From a bacterium (GTDB lineage: Bacteria; UBA8248), in NCBI GenBank assembly GCA_965199855.1, contig OZ241326.1, forward strand, positions 992,001 to 1,056,000: a stretch of 64,000 nt of DNA, given 5' to 3'. The stretch's first letter is position 1. Every line of letters begins with the position of its first letter. The position numbers and the translations under genes were made by a program. The notes below the pieces were generated by a model that saw nothing but the letters and a program-made list of their open reading frames with translations, had not been told where the DNA came from and searched no databases. Positions 45,150-55,903 of this stretch are shown one piece after another.

Positions 45150-46370
45150 CTAGCCGTATTGGAGGATCATGCCCGTCAGACCGCATTCGATGCAGCCGGC
45201 CACCTCGATGCAGCGCGAGTTCGCGGGCGGCATCACCACGCCGGTGATGCCCTCGCGGTAGAACCGCTCAAAGGGATAGCGCCGCGCGATGGAGCGTCCC
45301 CCCACGAGCCGCATCGCGCGCTGCACCGCCTTGGCGCAAATTTCGCAGGAGACGTATTTCGACTGCATGACGGTCTTCACCGTGTTCTGGTTCGCCATGC
45401 CGTCGCCCTGCTCCTTCACGTGGCACGCCTCGTAGAGAAGCATCCGCGCGGCGCGAAGCTCGGCGCTCAGCTCGCCTATCGCGCTCTGGTAGAGCTCGTT
45501 GTGGCTCAGGGGCTCCGGGTTGGGCGCGTATTTCGTCGTCCTCACGTAGTCCACCAGGTGCCCGTAGGCGCCCTCCGCGATGCCCAGATAGGCGGCGGAA
45601 AACCCGAGGTGAAACATGGTGATGTCGATCTTCCCCAGTGCGCCGATGAAGTTCTCTCCGCCCAGGATGTCCTCGTCCGGCACGAAGGCGTCCTCGAAGA
45701 GGATGTCGTCGCTCGCCGTTCCGCGCATCGACATGGTGTCCCACACCACCTCCACCGACGCCCCGGGCGCGTCCTTGCGTATGACGGCGGTCATGATGGC
45801 TTCGCCGGCGGTTTTCTTTCCCGCCAGGAAGCCGGTGGTGAAGTAGTAGTCGGCGTGCTCGCCCACCGAGGCGGAAATCTTCCTTCCGTTCAGGCGATAG
45901 CCGCCCTCGACGGGGGTGAAGATGCTCTTGAGCGTCACCAGGTGGCGGAAGCTCATGCCCCGCTCCGCCGTGACGGAGGAGAAGAGCTTGCCGTTTTCGG
46001 TGACGTCGGGAAGCACCCGCTTTTTCTGCTCTTCGTTCGCCAGGGCGAAGAAGAGGCTCACGCAGGTCTGGTGCATGTTCCAGGTGAGGGCGGTGGAGGC
46101 GCACGCCTTGCCCAGTTCGTGGAGCGCCATGTTGTAGGTGAGGGAGTTCGCGCCCGCCCCGCCCCATTCCTCGGGGATGCACACGGCGTTCAGGCCCGCC
46201 TCGTTGAGCAACTGGAAGTTTTCGACGGGGAAGCGCCCCTCTCGGTCGATCTCGGCCGCCAGCTCGGCGATCCGCGGCGTCAGGGACTTCACCTTGTCCA
46301 GGATTTCCCTGTCGTATTTCAGCTCCATCAGCGTTTCGTAGGATTCACTCGCCGCGGCATCGGAACCCAT
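45150..46370 (-). CDS. Acyl-CoA dehydrogenase family protein (divergent)
   Basis: IPEEWGGAG, ASTALTWNMH, LNGRKISAS, WDTMSMRGTASDD, FERFYRE. Confidence 0.88.
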   Translation of the reverse strand: MGSDAAASESYETLMELKYDREILDKVKSLTPRIAELAAEIDREGRFPVENFQLLNEAGLNAVCIPEEWGGAGANSLTYNMALHELGKACASTALTWNMHQTCVSLFFALANEEQKKRVLPDVTENGKLFSSVTAERGMSFRHLVTLKSIFTPVEGGYRLNGRKISASVGEHADYYFTTGFLAGKKTAGEAIMTAVIRKDAPGASVEVVWDTMSMRGTASDDILFEDAFVPDEDILGGENFIGALGKIDITMFHLGFSAAYLGIAEGAYGHLVDYVRTTKYAPNPEPLSHNELYQSAIGELSAELRAARMLLYEACHVKEQGDGMANQNTVKTVMQSKYVSCEICAKAVQRAMRLVGGRSIARRYPFERFYREGITGVVMPPANSRCIEVAGCIECGLTGMILQYG

Positions 46371-46475
46371 CGCATCCCCTCCCCGCGTCAAAGAGAAAAT
46401 CAGTTCGTTTCGGCCGCGCGGCGTCCTTTCCCGCCGGGAGAGGAAGGATCGATTCTCCCGAAAGCGCCTTTTCGT

Positions 46476-46504
46476 TTGACAGCGCACTGTCACAGAATTA
46501 TAAG
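46476..46504 (+). promoter_or_regulatory. Putative promoter with an overlapping palindrome TGACAG-cgca-CTGTCA
   Basis: TTGACA (46476-46481), 17 nt, TATAAG; inverted repeat at 46477-46492. Confidence 0.5.
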
Positions 46505-46573
46505 GGAAAATTAAGCAAAAAGATAAGATCGGTTTTTTGTTGAGCGCCGCGGCGAGGGAAGCGATTGCCTGTT

Positions 46574-47584
46574 ATGAGCAAAATCGACAGTCTTTTGAAC
46601 ACCATTCAATGCGGTGATTCAACGCTGATATTGAAAACCATCCCCGACGACAGTATAGACCTCGTTGTTACCTCGCCTCCGTATTACATGCAGAGAGATT
46701 ACAACGATATGGGGCTCGGGACGGGGCATGAGAGCGCAGTCGATAAATACATCGATTCACTGCTCGAAACATTCGAGGAAGTGATACGGGTCCTGAAATC
46801 GACCGGAAACATCATTTACAACATCGGCGACAAGTATATCGGCAGTTCGCTTTTGCTTGTCCCGTATAGATTCGCCATAAGCGCGACAAGGCGGTATCCG
46901 ATTCGTCTCATCAACGATATAACGTGGGTGAAGCGAAACCCGACGCCCCGCCAGTTTGCCCGCCGATTGGTCAGCGGCACCGAGCCGTTCTTTCATTTTG
47001 CCAAAGGGTCGGACTACTATTACGATTTGGAAAATTTCCTTAAGTGTGAAGATAAGGACAAACGCCCCGCTCCGACCGGTCGGATGGGGGAGCGGTACAG
47101 ATCGTTGATAGCGCAGTCGAACCTGTCTGACGCCCAGAAGCGAAGGGCGAACGAGTCTTTGGACAACGCCATTCGGGAGGTGACGCGCGGGGAAATTCAG
47201 AGTTTTCGCATGAAGATCAAGGGAATACACGCGGAGGCTTTTGGCGGCCAGGAAGGCGGCAGGAAACTGCAAATGGACAACAACGGCTTCACTATAATCA
47301 GAATACATGGAAAAAAGATGAAAAAAGACGTCATCGATTCGCCGGTGGAGTCGATTCCCGGAATGAGGCATACGGCGATATTCCCTCTTTCAATTATACG
47401 AGAGCTCGTCAAATTGCTTTCCCCGATGGAGGGGGTCGTCTTGGACCCCTATATTGGAAGCGGAACTACCGCCATTGCCGCGCTGGAGGAAGGCCGTGAT
47501 TACATAGGAATCGACATAGATTCTCACTATTGCGGTCTCGTCCTCGACAGAATAGAGAAATGCAAAAAGAAAAGCGCTTGTTAG
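46574..47584 (+). CDS. Beta-class DNA methyltransferase (probably m4C) of a type II R-M system
   Basis: VTSPPY, HTAIFP, VLDPYIGSGTT; low GC. Confidence 0.92.
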   Translation: MSKIDSLLNTIQCGDSTLILKTIPDDSIDLVVTSPPYYMQRDYNDMGLGTGHESAVDKYIDSLLETFEEVIRVLKSTGNIIYNIGDKYIGSSLLLVPYRFAISATRRYPIRLINDITWVKRNPTPRQFARRLVSGTEPFFHFAKGSDYYYDLENFLKCEDKDKRPAPTGRMGERYRSLIAQSNLSDAQKRRANESLDNAIREVTRGEIQSFRMKIKGIHAEAFGGQEGGRKLQMDNNGFTIIRIHGKKMKKDVIDSPVESIPGMRHTAIFPLSIIRELVKLLSPMEGVVLDPYIGSGTTAIAALEEGRDYIGIDIDSHYCGLVLDRIEKCKKKSAC

Positions 47585-48687
47585 AGCATTTGTTTCGGGA
47601 GTCCGCGACCGATCCCCCGGAAAGCGGTTTGCGGCCTGGGATGCTTGAACAGCGGCCGCTGCTCGACCTGATAGTGGACAGTGCCTGCCGCGGGAGAAAC
47701 AAGGCCGCTCTGGCCGTGACTATTACGTTGCTCTTACGAAAGGCGACTCACCCCAAGCAGGATATTCGTCTTCATCAGGCTGGAATGGAGAATGGGTTTT
47801 CTGGCAGAGGTCTGGATGAAAGGGTTGTAACTCCGTTTTTGAGAGAGCAGAGCTTTCCATTCATGGGATCGGGTTCCGGATGGCTGACAAGATCGTTTGA
47901 GCAGGCGCATCCTTACAATCTCGATTATCCCGGCAAAATAACTCCCGTGGCGTTAAGAGATGCTTTCCTGAACGTCATCAACGAAGTGGAAAAGGAAAAG
48001 CATTTTGATTTTGCATCGGATCATTTGCGGTACGTCTTCTGTCGATTGAGGAAATGGCGCGAACAAAACTCTGCTCTCAAGTTGGCGAAGCCTACGAACA
48101 GGCGCATTGAAGAGATCATAGCCCTCGTCAAAAAGCATTGGGACAGTGAGTTGCCCGGAGTCGCCAAGCTCCCCGTTCTGGCCGTTTATGCGGTGTATGA
48201 ATGCCTGATTTCAGAAGTTTCGAGATACAGAGATTGTCGGTTGCGCGATTTGCTCCCTCATACCGCCGCCGATGCCAGGACAGAACGACTGGGTGATGTC
48301 GATATCGAAAGCCGCGTTGATGGAGGCGCAATCGAGGCCATCGAGATCAAGCATGGATTGACCATCAATGCTTCCTTGATAAGAACCCTGCGGGACAAAA
48401 TCGCGAAAGCGGGAGTAAAGCGTTTTTATATTCTAAGCACCAGGGAGGACATAGACTCGAATGATCTGACGGAAATGACGAATATGCTGATTGACATCAG
48501 AAGGAATTACGGGTGCCAAGTTATACTGAATGGAGTATCGAACAGCATAAAATACTATCTTCGCCTGCTGTCCGATACCGACAGGTTTTTAATCAACTAC
48601 GTCTCCATGGTTGAGGCAGACGCGGATATCCCTTTCACCTTGAAAAGCCGGTGGAATGAAATCATCGACTCGCATCAAGAGAGTTAG
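47560..48687 (+). CDS. Putative type II restriction endonuclease (PD-(D/E)xK)
   Basis: Overlaps the MTase end; GDVDI...AIEIKH motif; low GC. Confidence 0.72.
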   Translation: MQKEKRLLEHLFRESATDPPESGLRPGMLEQRPLLDLIVDSACRGRNKAALAVTITLLLRKATHPKQDIRLHQAGMENGFSGRGLDERVVTPFLREQSFPFMGSGSGWLTRSFEQAHPYNLDYPGKITPVALRDAFLNVINEVEKEKHFDFASDHLRYVFCRLRKWREQNSALKLAKPTNRRIEEIIALVKKHWDSELPGVAKLPVLAVYAVYECLISEVSRYRDCRLRDLLPHTAADARTERLGDVDIESRVDGGAIEAIEIKHGLTINASLIRTLRDKIAKAGVKRFYILSTREDIDSNDLTEMTNMLIDIRRNYGCQVILNGVSNSIKYYLRLLSDTDRFLINYVSMVEADADIPFTLKSRWNEIIDSHQES

Positions 48688-48782
48688 AAGCGCCTCGTTC
48701 GTATATTTCGGGGTTTCGCGCGCTTTCCGCATACGCTGACCCATCCAAAGCTTTCGCGCCGCAGATTTATGGGAGATTTGCG

Positions 48783-49784
48783 ATGCCGCCCCGCGTGCTG
48801 CTTTCCACCGTGCCGTTCGGGGAGATTGATCCGAAACCCCTCACGATGCTCGAAGGCGCGGGCGTGGAGTGCGCGCGCAACCCTCTGGGCAGGCGGCCGG
48901 GCGAGGCGGAGCTCGCCTCCATGCTGGGGGAGGGCTTCGACGCCGTCATCGCGGGCCTCGAGCCCTTCACGCCGAAAGTCCTGGACGCGGCGCGGGGACT
49001 GCGGCTCATCTCGCGCGCCACGGTGGGCCTCGAGACGGTGGATCTCAACGCGGCGCGCGAGCGGGGCGTGCTGGTGGCGCACACCCCCGGAGCGAACGCC
49101 CAGGCAGTGGCGGAGCTCGCGCTGAACCACCTGCTCTCGCTCCTGCGGGGCGTCCACCGATCGCACGATGCGCTCAGGCGCGGCGAATGGCTCCAGGTCA
49201 TGGGCCGGACGCTGGAGGAGATCACCCTGGGCGTCATCGGCGCGGGGCGCATCGGCAGGCGGGTGATTCGCCACGCCGCCGCCTTCGGAGCGAAAATCCT
49301 GGCGAACGACCTGGCGCCCGATGAGGCGTTCGGCGAGCGCCATGGCGTCGAGTGGACAGAGAAGGAGGAAATCTACCGGCGCGCCGACGCCGTCTCCCTG
49401 CATGTTCCCGCCACGCCGGCGACGGTCGGCCTCATCGGGGAGGCGGAGCTCGCCATGATGAAGAAGGGCGCATTTCTCATCAACACCGCCCGGGGCGTCC
49501 TCGTGGACGAGGAGGCGCTGGCGCGCGCGCTGGGCTCGGGGCGGCTGGGCGGCGCCGGAATCGACGTGTTCTCCGAAGAGCCCTACCGGGGCGTCCTCTC
49601 GGACGCGCCCAACTGCGTTCTCACCGCCCACCTCGGGGCGCGGGCGCGATCCGCGCGCCTTCGGATGGAGCTGGACGCGGCGGAAAACGTCCTTCGCTTT
49701 CTGGCGGGAGAGCCGATTCCGGGGCTCGCGGCCGAGGAGGAATACGAGATGCAGCGCGCCGTCATGGCCGGGGCGAACCCGTGA
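48783..49784 (+). CDS. D-isomer-specific 2-hydroxyacid dehydrogenase (SerA-like)
   Basis: NAQAVAE, GVIGAGRIG, SLHVP, INTARG, DVFSEEP, TAHLG. Confidence 0.9.
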   Translation: MPPRVLLSTVPFGEIDPKPLTMLEGAGVECARNPLGRRPGEAELASMLGEGFDAVIAGLEPFTPKVLDAARGLRLISRATVGLETVDLNAARERGVLVAHTPGANAQAVAELALNHLLSLLRGVHRSHDALRRGEWLQVMGRTLEEITLGVIGAGRIGRRVIRHAAAFGAKILANDLAPDEAFGERHGVEWTEKEEIYRRADAVSLHVPATPATVGLIGEAELAMMKKGAFLINTARGVLVDEEALARALGSGRLGGAGIDVFSEEPYRGVLSDAPNCVLTAHLGARARSARLRMELDAAENVLRFLAGEPIPGLAAEEEYEMQRAVMAGANP

Positions 49785-49823
49785 GCCTGCGGGGGGATTT
49801 TCTCATTCAGGGGAGGCTTTCCG

Positions 49824-50588
49824 ATGCCGAAGACGCCTGACTACTTCTCGGGCAGGACCATCATCATCACCGGCGCGGCGAGCGGCATCGGGGAGGAGGC
49901 CGCCCTCGTCTTCGGGCGCGAGGGAGCGAACGTCCTCTGCGCGGACATGAACGAGGAGGGCGCCGCCGGGGTCGCCGAGCGGGTCTCGGAGAAGGGAGGG
50001 CGGGGCGTTCACATGAAGGTGGACGTAACCTTGCGCGAGGAGGCCTTCGCCATGGTCGCGCGCGCCAGAGAGCGCTTCGGCCGCGTGAACTTCTCGCTCA
50101 ACTCGGCGGGCGCGGCTCTCCGGCGCTCGGATTTTCTCGGCATCGACGACGCGCTCTGGGAGAAGACGTTCGACCTCAACGTCAAGGGCGTTTTCTACTG
50201 CATGCAGGCCGTGATTCCCGAAATGCTGGCGAGCGGCAAGGGCGTCATCGTCAACATGGGAAGCATGGCCCATCGGCGCGGGGGGGCGGGCCATTCGGTG
50301 CACTACGCGGCGGCCAAGGGCGCGGTGGTGACGATGAGCATGGGCGTGGGCCGCGAATACGCCGACCGGGGCATCCGGTGCATGTCCATCTCCCCGGGGC
50401 CCATCGAGACGCCGTTTCACGATGTCTCATCGCCCGCGCTCAAGGAGTCCATGAAGAGCCAGATACCGATGGGACGCTTCGGCTCGCCGGAGGAAATCGC
50501 CGAGCTGGTTCTCTTTCTGTGCTCGGACGCCTGCGAGTTCATGACGGCGGACACCGTTCTGGTGAACGGCGGCGGGGGCTGGAAGTAG
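49824..50588 (+). CDS. SDR oxidoreductase
   Basis: TGAASGIG, NSAG, YAAAK, ISPGPIET. Confidence 0.92.
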   Translation: MPKTPDYFSGRTIIITGAASGIGEEAALVFGREGANVLCADMNEEGAAGVAERVSEKGGRGVHMKVDVTLREEAFAMVARARERFGRVNFSLNSAGAALRRSDFLGIDDALWEKTFDLNVKGVFYCMQAVIPEMLASGKGVIVNMGSMAHRRGGAGHSVHYAAAKGAVVTMSMGVGREYADRGIRCMSISPGPIETPFHDVSSPALKESMKSQIPMGRFGSPEEIAELVLFLCSDACEFMTADTVLVNGGGGWK

Positions 50589-50612
50589 CGCGCGCCGCCG
50601 CGAGAGAGAGGG

Positions 50613-50837
50613 CTATTTTCTCGAAAAAAGATTCAGCAACAGCGTCAGCAGAACGCTGATGACGATGCAGGTCACAACCGGGAAGGAGAAGCTCCAGTTC
50701 TTCCCGCGCAGGTGAATGTCGCCCGGCAGCTTTCCCAGAAGCGGAATTTTCGGCGCGACGAGAAGCGCGACGCCCAGGCCCGCCAGAACCAGGCCGAGCA
50801 GAATCAGCGTTTTCGCAAAGCCGCCGAAAGGCTCCAT
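50613..50837 (-). CDS. DUF2905 small membrane protein
   Basis: LGKLPGDI...FSFPVVTCIVISVLLTLL; typical position after ruvB. Confidence 0.88.
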   Translation of the reverse strand: MEPFGGFAKTLILLGLVLAGLGVALLVAPKIPLLGKLPGDIHLRGKNWSFSFPVVTCIVISVLLTLLLNLFSRK

Positions 50838-50855
50838 CCCGAAAACCCCTCCCTC

Positions 50856-51923
50856 TCAGGGTTCAGCGGATTCGCCGGCTTCCGGGTTCCCGGCGGCCTC
50901 CCAGAGGGCACGCTGGGCGCCCCTGGGCGGCGCGATTCCCAGATGCGCGCAGGCGGCCGGCGAGGCGCGCCGCCCGCCGCGCGTGCGCTGCGCGAACCCC
51001 GCTCGCAGGAGGAAAGGCTCCACCATGTCCACGAGGGTGTCGGATTCCTCGTTCATGGTGGCGGCGATGGCCTCCACGCCCACGGGGCCGCCGCCGTATT
51101 GCTCGATGATCGTCCGCAGGTATTTTCTGTCCAGCCCGTCGAGGCCGGCCTCGTCCACCCCCTCCATGGCGAGCGCCTCGCGCGTGGCGGCGAGGCTCAC
51201 GGCGCCGTCGCCGCGCGCCTGGCTGAAGTCGCGCGCCCAGAGGAGGAGCCGGTTCGCCGTCCGGGGCGTGCCCCGGCTTCTGCGGGCGAGCTCGCGCGCC
51301 GCCTCCTTCTCGATGGGCGCCTCCAGGCGCGCCGCGCTTCGCAGCAGGATGCGCTCGAGCTCCTCTTCGGAATAGAAATCCACGTGATAGATGAGGTAGA
51401 AGCGCTCCCTCAGGGCGGCGGTCAGGGCTCCGGGGCGCGTCGTGGCGCCGATGGCCGTGAACATCTTGAGGGGGAAGTTGATGGTGCGGGCCATGGGGCC
51501 CTGATCGACCACGAAGTCCACGCGGTAGTCCTCCATCGCGGGATAGAGGAACTCCTCCACCGCGCTCGGCATCCGGTGAATCTCGTCGATGAAGAGCGCG
51601 TCGCCGCGCTGAAGGCCGGTGATGATGCCCATGAGGTCGGCCGGCCTGGAGAGCGAGGGGCCGGAGGTCTTGACGAGGCGCGCGCCCGTCTCCTCGGCGA
51701 TGATGTGGGAGAGCGTCGTCTTCCCCAGCCCCGGCGGCCCGTGGAAGAGAACGTGGCCCAGAGGCTCCCCCCGCTTTCCGGAGGCTTCGAGGGCGATCCG
51801 CAGCTTCGCCACCAGTTCGGTCTGCCCCACGTATTCGGCGAGCCTCTTCGGGCGAAGCGAGGTGAAGGTCTGCTCTTCCGCCGGGCTGCCCGCCTTCGCG
51901 CTCACGCGCCGCTCGATGACCAT
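50856..51923 (-). CDS. ruvB: Holliday junction helicase RuvB
   Basis: LRPKRLAEYVGQ, GPPGLGKTT, FIDEIHR, LYPAMED, SRGTPR. Confidence 0.97.
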   Translation of the reverse strand: MVIERRVSAKAGSPAEEQTFTSLRPKRLAEYVGQTELVAKLRIALEASGKRGEPLGHVLFHGPPGLGKTTLSHIIAEETGARLVKTSGPSLSRPADLMGIITGLQRGDALFIDEIHRMPSAVEEFLYPAMEDYRVDFVVDQGPMARTINFPLKMFTAIGATTRPGALTAALRERFYLIYHVDFYSEEELERILLRSAARLEAPIEKEAARELARRSRGTPRTANRLLLWARDFSQARGDGAVSLAATREALAMEGVDEAGLDGLDRKYLRTIIEQYGGGPVGVEAIAATMNEESDTLVDMVEPFLLRAGFAQRTRGGRRASPAACAHLGIAPPRGAQRALWEAAGNPEAGESAEP

Positions 51924-51938
51924 GTTTTCTCCCGCCTC

Positions 51939-52571
51939 CTACCGGCTCAGCCGGAACACTTCCTGCAGGACGGCCTCGGCCTCCGCGTCCTCCCCCAGGG
52001 CGGCGAGGGCGCGCTCCACGAGATTCTCCGCCTCGGGCGTGCGGTATCCCAGCTGCCCCACCAGAACGGCCATGACGTCGCCGCGCGGAGGGGCGGCGCG
52101 GGTTCCGTCCGGCGCGGGCGCGGCCTCCCCCGCCAGATTGAGCTCCATGATTTCCTCCCGGATTCGGGCGACCACCTGCTCGGCCTTTTTCTTTCCGATG
52201 CCGGGCAGCCTGGTGAGCAGGGCGGCGTTCGCCTCCGCAATGGCCTGGGCGATCCGGAGGGGCGAGAGGCTCAGCGCCCGCATCGCGCTCCGGGGGCTGA
52301 TGCCGGGCGCCTTGATGAAGCACAGGAAAAACGCCCGCTCCTCCGCCGACAGGAAGCCCGCCAGCCGGGGCAGGAGCTGGCCGGTGGCCACGTTGCCCTC
52401 CAGGTAGTGGTAGGTGTGGAGCTCCGCCGCCTCGCGCGCGTCCATGAGCGCCTGAAGCTCGGGGAGGGCGTATCCGCCCACCTGGACTTCGTAGGCGAGG
52501 CCGGCCGGGGTCTGGAGGACGGCGCTTTCGCCCGCGACCTCGAGGATTTCCCCGCGGACCCGGCGAATCAC
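51939..52571 (-). CDS. ruvA: Holliday junction protein RuvA
   Basis: OB N-terminus, HhH LPGIGKKKAE, LGY C-domain; lies between ruvC and ruvB. Confidence 0.92.
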   Translation of the reverse strand: MIRRVRGEILEVAGESAVLQTPAGLAYEVQVGGYALPELQALMDAREAAELHTYHYLEGNVATGQLLPRLAGFLSAEERAFFLCFIKAPGISPRSAMRALSLSPLRIAQAIAEANAALLTRLPGIGKKKAEQVVARIREEIMELNLAGEAAPAPDGTRAAPPRGDVMAVLVGQLGYRTPEAENLVERALAALGEDAEAEAVLQEVFRLSR

Positions 52572-53101
52572 GCCCCGCTCCCGACGGCGTGGGCGCTTCT
52601 CAGGAGGCTTCTGTCGATGTGGCAGTAGGCCGCGGCGACGGCGTCGGCGAAGTCCTCGGGCTCGGGCGGCTCGGCGAGGCCCAGGCGCTGCTGCGCCATG
52701 CGCTGCACCTGCGCCTTCGTGGCGCGCCCGACGCCGACGAGCGATTTCTTGATCTCCGTGGCCGCGTAGCTCTCCACGGCGACGCCGGCCTGCGCGGCGG
52801 CGAGGAAGATGACCCCGCGCGCGTGTCCCATGACGATGGAGGTGCGGGGGTGCTTGTAGTGGCTGTAGAGGCTCTCCACCGCCATGGCGTGGGGCTCGCG
52901 CGCCCGGAGGACGCAGGCGAGATCCTCGTGCAGCTCGCGCAGGCGCGCCTCGATGGGCGCTCTGGCGTCGCTCTTGAGCACGCCGCCGTCGATGAGGCGC
53001 GGCTCGCGCTCCGCATCGTCGAGGGAGAGGACGGCGTAGCCGGTGACGCCGAGGCCTGGGTCCACGCCCATCACGCGAAACGCTGCTTCGGACTGCGGCA
53101 A
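52568..53101 (-). CDS. ruvC: Crossover junction endodeoxyribonuclease RuvC
   Basis: GVDPGLGVTGY, AVE, GHARGV, GRATKAQV, DAVAAA. Confidence 0.96.
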   Translation of the reverse strand: MPQSEAAFRVMGVDPGLGVTGYAVLSLDDAEREPRLIDGGVLKSDARAPIEARLRELHEDLACVLRAREPHAMAVESLYSHYKHPRTSIVMGHARGVIFLAAAQAGVAVESYAATEIKKSLVGVGRATKAQVQRMAQQRLGLAEPPEPEDFADAVAAAYCHIDRSLLRSAHAVGSGA

Positions 53102-53134
53102 GGGGACGGCTCCGCGGGCGGCGGGCGTTCGGTC

Positions 53135-53884
53135 TTACGCGGACGCCTTCGCCATCTGCTCTTCGGAGATGTCGAAGTTGGCGCAGACGTTCTGAACGTC
53201 GTCGTTTTCCTCGAGCGCCTCCATCAGGCGGAGCATCTGCTCCGCCTCCCTGCCCTCGAGCGCGACCGTCGATTTGGGCAGCATGGCGAGTTCGGCGGAT
53301 TCAATCGGGACCCCGCCTTTCTCCAGCGCCTCGCGCACGGCCTCGAAGGCCTCCGGCGGGGCGTGAACTTCAAAGAACGCGCCGGCCGGCTCCAGGTCCT
53401 CCGCCCCCGCTTCGAGGGCGAGCTCCATGAGCGCCTCCTCGTCCGCCCCTTCCCGCGGAACCAGGAACAGCCCTTTTTTCTCGAAGTTCCACGCCACGGC
53501 GTTCGGCTCGGCCATGGCGCCGCTGTTCTTCGTCAGGATGTGGCGGATTTCCGCCCCCGTTCTGTTGCGGTTGTCGGTCAGCACCGAGATGAGAATGGCC
53601 ACCCCGCTCGGGCCGTAGCCCTCGTAGGCGCATTCCTCGTAGCTCACCCCTTCGAGCTCGCCCGTTCCCTTGGCGATGGCGCGCGCGATGTTCTCCTGGG
53701 GCATGTTCGCCCCCTTCGCCGTCTGAATGGCCGTCCTCAGCCGGGGATTGCCGTCGGGGTCGCCTCCGCCGAGCTTGGCGGCGATGGTGATCTCCTTGAT
53801 GAGCTTGGTGAAAATCTTCCCGCGCTTGGCGTCGAGCGCGCCCTTTTTCCGCTTGATGGTGCTCCACTTGGAATGACCGGACAT
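53135..53884 (-). CDS. yebC: YebC/PmpR family protein
   Basis: [38 protein letters not shown]. Confidence 0.96.
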   Translation of the reverse strand: MSGHSKWSTIKRKKGALDAKRGKIFTKLIKEITIAAKLGGGDPDGNPRLRTAIQTAKGANMPQENIARAIAKGTGELEGVSYEECAYEGYGPSGVAILISVLTDNRNRTGAEIRHILTKNSGAMAEPNAVAWNFEKKGLFLVPREGADEEALMELALEAGAEDLEPAGAFFEVHAPPEAFEAVREALEKGGVPIESAELAMLPKSTVALEGREAEQMLRLMEALEENDDVQNVCANFDISEEQMAKASA

Positions 53885-54108
53885 GGTTTGGCGACTCCCG
53901 CGATTCCGTCCCGGCAGCGTTCGTTTTCCCGATGCGTTCTCGCTATAATTTCTAGCACGAGCGCGCCCCGCAGTAAAGACGCCGACGGGGCGGGGAGAGC
54001 GGGCGCCGGGAGGCCCTTCGGACGCTTTCCGGCGGGAGCGCGGCGTTGTTTTGCGGCGCACGGCGCGGGAGGGGACGAGCGCTGAACTCCGAGAAAACAA
54101 AATCTTCG

Positions 54109-55071
54109 ATGAATCCCGTCGAGCGGGGCGCGCGCACCCTGCGCGTCGAGGCCGAGGCGCTGGCCTCGCTGGTCGAGCGGCTGGATGAGGAATTCGCCAG
54201 AGCGGTCGATATCGTGCTACGGTGCCGGGGCAGGGTCGCTGTCACCGGCATGGGCAAAAGCGGGCTGATCGGCCAGAAGATTTCCGCCACCCTCGCCAGC
54301 ACGGGCACGCCCTCCTATTTTCTCCACCCCGCCGAGGGCGCCCACGGCGATCTGGGCATGGTGACGAAGGACGACGCCGTCGTCGCGCTCTCCTACAGCG
54401 GCGAGACGGAGGAGCTGCTGCGCATCCTGCCCGTATTCGCCCGCCTGGGGACGCCCCTCATCGCCATCACCGGCGGGGAGAACTCCACCCTTTGGCGGGA
54501 GGCGCAGGCCGTCCTCAACGTGTTCGTGAAGGAGGAGGCCTGCCCGATTCAGCTCGCGCCCACGGCGAGCAGCGCCGCGTCCCTGGCCATGGGCGACGCG
54601 CTGGCGATGGCAGTCCTTGAGGCGCGCGGGTTTCAGCCGGAGGATTTCGCCCGCTTTCACCCGGGCGGCGCGCTGGGCAGGAAGCTGGTTCGCGTGCGGG
54701 AGCTCATGGTCTCGGGCAGCGGCATCCCGCAGGTGGACGAGGCCGCCCCGCTCGATGAGGTCGTGCGCGAGATGAGCGCGAAGAGGCTGGGCATGACGTG
54801 CGTGATGGACGCGGGGGGGGCGCTTGCGGGCGTCATAACGGACGGAGACTTGAGGCGCGCCCTGGAGAGCGTCGGGACGCTGCCCGAGCGCAGGGCGCGG
54901 GATTTGATGACGCCCGCGCCCAGGACGATCCGCGAGGACGATATGGCCGCCGGCGCGATTCGGCTGATGGAGGCGAGCGCCATCACCTCCCTTGCGGTCA
55001 CCGGGGGCGCGGAGGGACGCCTGACGGGCGTCATCCATCTGCACCACCTGCTGCGGGCGGGCGTGGTGTAG
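54109..55071 (+). CDS. kdsD: Arabinose-5-phosphate isomerase (KpsF/GutQ)
   Basis: TGMGKSG, ASTGTP, HGDLG, EACP..LAPTAS, HPGGALG, two CBS domains. Confidence 0.93.
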   Translation: MNPVERGARTLRVEAEALASLVERLDEEFARAVDIVLRCRGRVAVTGMGKSGLIGQKISATLASTGTPSYFLHPAEGAHGDLGMVTKDDAVVALSYSGETEELLRILPVFARLGTPLIAITGGENSTLWREAQAVLNVFVKEEACPIQLAPTASSAASLAMGDALAMAVLEARGFQPEDFARFHPGGALGRKLVRVRELMVSGSGIPQVDEAAPLDEVVREMSAKRLGMTCVMDAGGALAGVITDGDLRRALESVGTLPERRARDLMTPAPRTIREDDMAAGAIRLMEASAITSLAVTGGAEGRLTGVIHLHHLLRAGVV

Positions 55072-55141
55072 GCGCTCCTCCGCTCCGAGGCCGGGGATTC
55101 TCCGCGCCGGGCGGTGCGGCCGGCGTCACGGAGGCGGCGCC

Positions 55142-55885
55142 TCACTTCCAGCCCGACGGCCCGAAAATCAGAAGGGCGAGCCCCGCCGCCGTCATCAGCG
55201 CGAGGCCGCCCGCGTAGCCGAGAGCGGGCGGGAGGCGTCCGCGCAGCAGCCTCCCCGCGGCAAAACCGGCGAGGGCGGGCGGAACGCACGCGGCCGAGCG
55301 CGCGGCTTCGGCTATGCCCAGCGCGCCCGCGCCGCCCAGCGCGGCCACCTGAACGACGGCGAACGCCAGCGCGCTCGCGCAGACGAGCCGCATCATCCGG
55401 GCGCGGCCGACGCCCGCGCTGTCGAGGTAGATGACGCTCAAGGGGCCTCCGGAGAAGGAAAAGCCGCTCAGGCCGCCGGCGAAAAAGCCGGCGAGCCATG
55501 TGAAGAAGGCCTCGTCCCGCGTGTCGAGCTGGATTCTTCGGCGCGAGAGGGCGTGAGCGGCGAAAAGGAGCGCGAGCGCGCCCACCGACCACTTGAGGAA
55601 CGTGGGCGGACTCGAAACGAGAATCAGGACGCCCAGCGCCGCCCCCGCCGCGCCCGCGCCGAGAAAGGGCGCGAGGCGCCTGAGCGAGGCGGCGGGAACC
55701 CCGCCGCCGGCGGCGCGAACGCCCAGCAGGACGAGATTCGGAAGCGAGAGGGCGAGCACGGAATCGCGCACGCCGAGGATGGCGCCGAGCGCGGGCGCGG
55801 CCATGAGGCCGAAGTCGAAGCCCGCCGCGCCCTCCATGAGCCCCGCGGCGAAGACGAGAAGCGCGATGTCCCAGGATGGCCACAT
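55142..55885 (-). CDS. TauE/SafE family sulfite exporter-like membrane protein
   Basis: About 8 hydrophobic helices; G..GFDFGL..P and GFFAGGLSG..GGP repeats. Confidence 0.75.
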   Translation of the reverse strand: MWPSWDIALLVFAAGLMEGAAGFDFGLMAAPALGAILGVRDSVLALSLPNLVLLGVRAAGGGVPAASLRRLAPFLGAGAAGAALGVLILVSSPPTFLKWSVGALALLFAAHALSRRRIQLDTRDEAFFTWLAGFFAGGLSGFSFSGGPLSVIYLDSAGVGRARMMRLVCASALAFAVVQVAALGGAGALGIAEAARSAACVPPALAGFAAGRLLRGRLPPALGYAGGLALMTAAGLALLIFGPSGWK

Positions 55886-55903
55886 GGGTTGAGCCGCGTC
55901 CGG

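Noticed and set aside
55142-55885. TauE exporter as part of the desulfinase-like pathway
   Set aside because: It is 10 kb away, separated by the R-M and ruv genes and in a different transcription unit; a link is unsupported.
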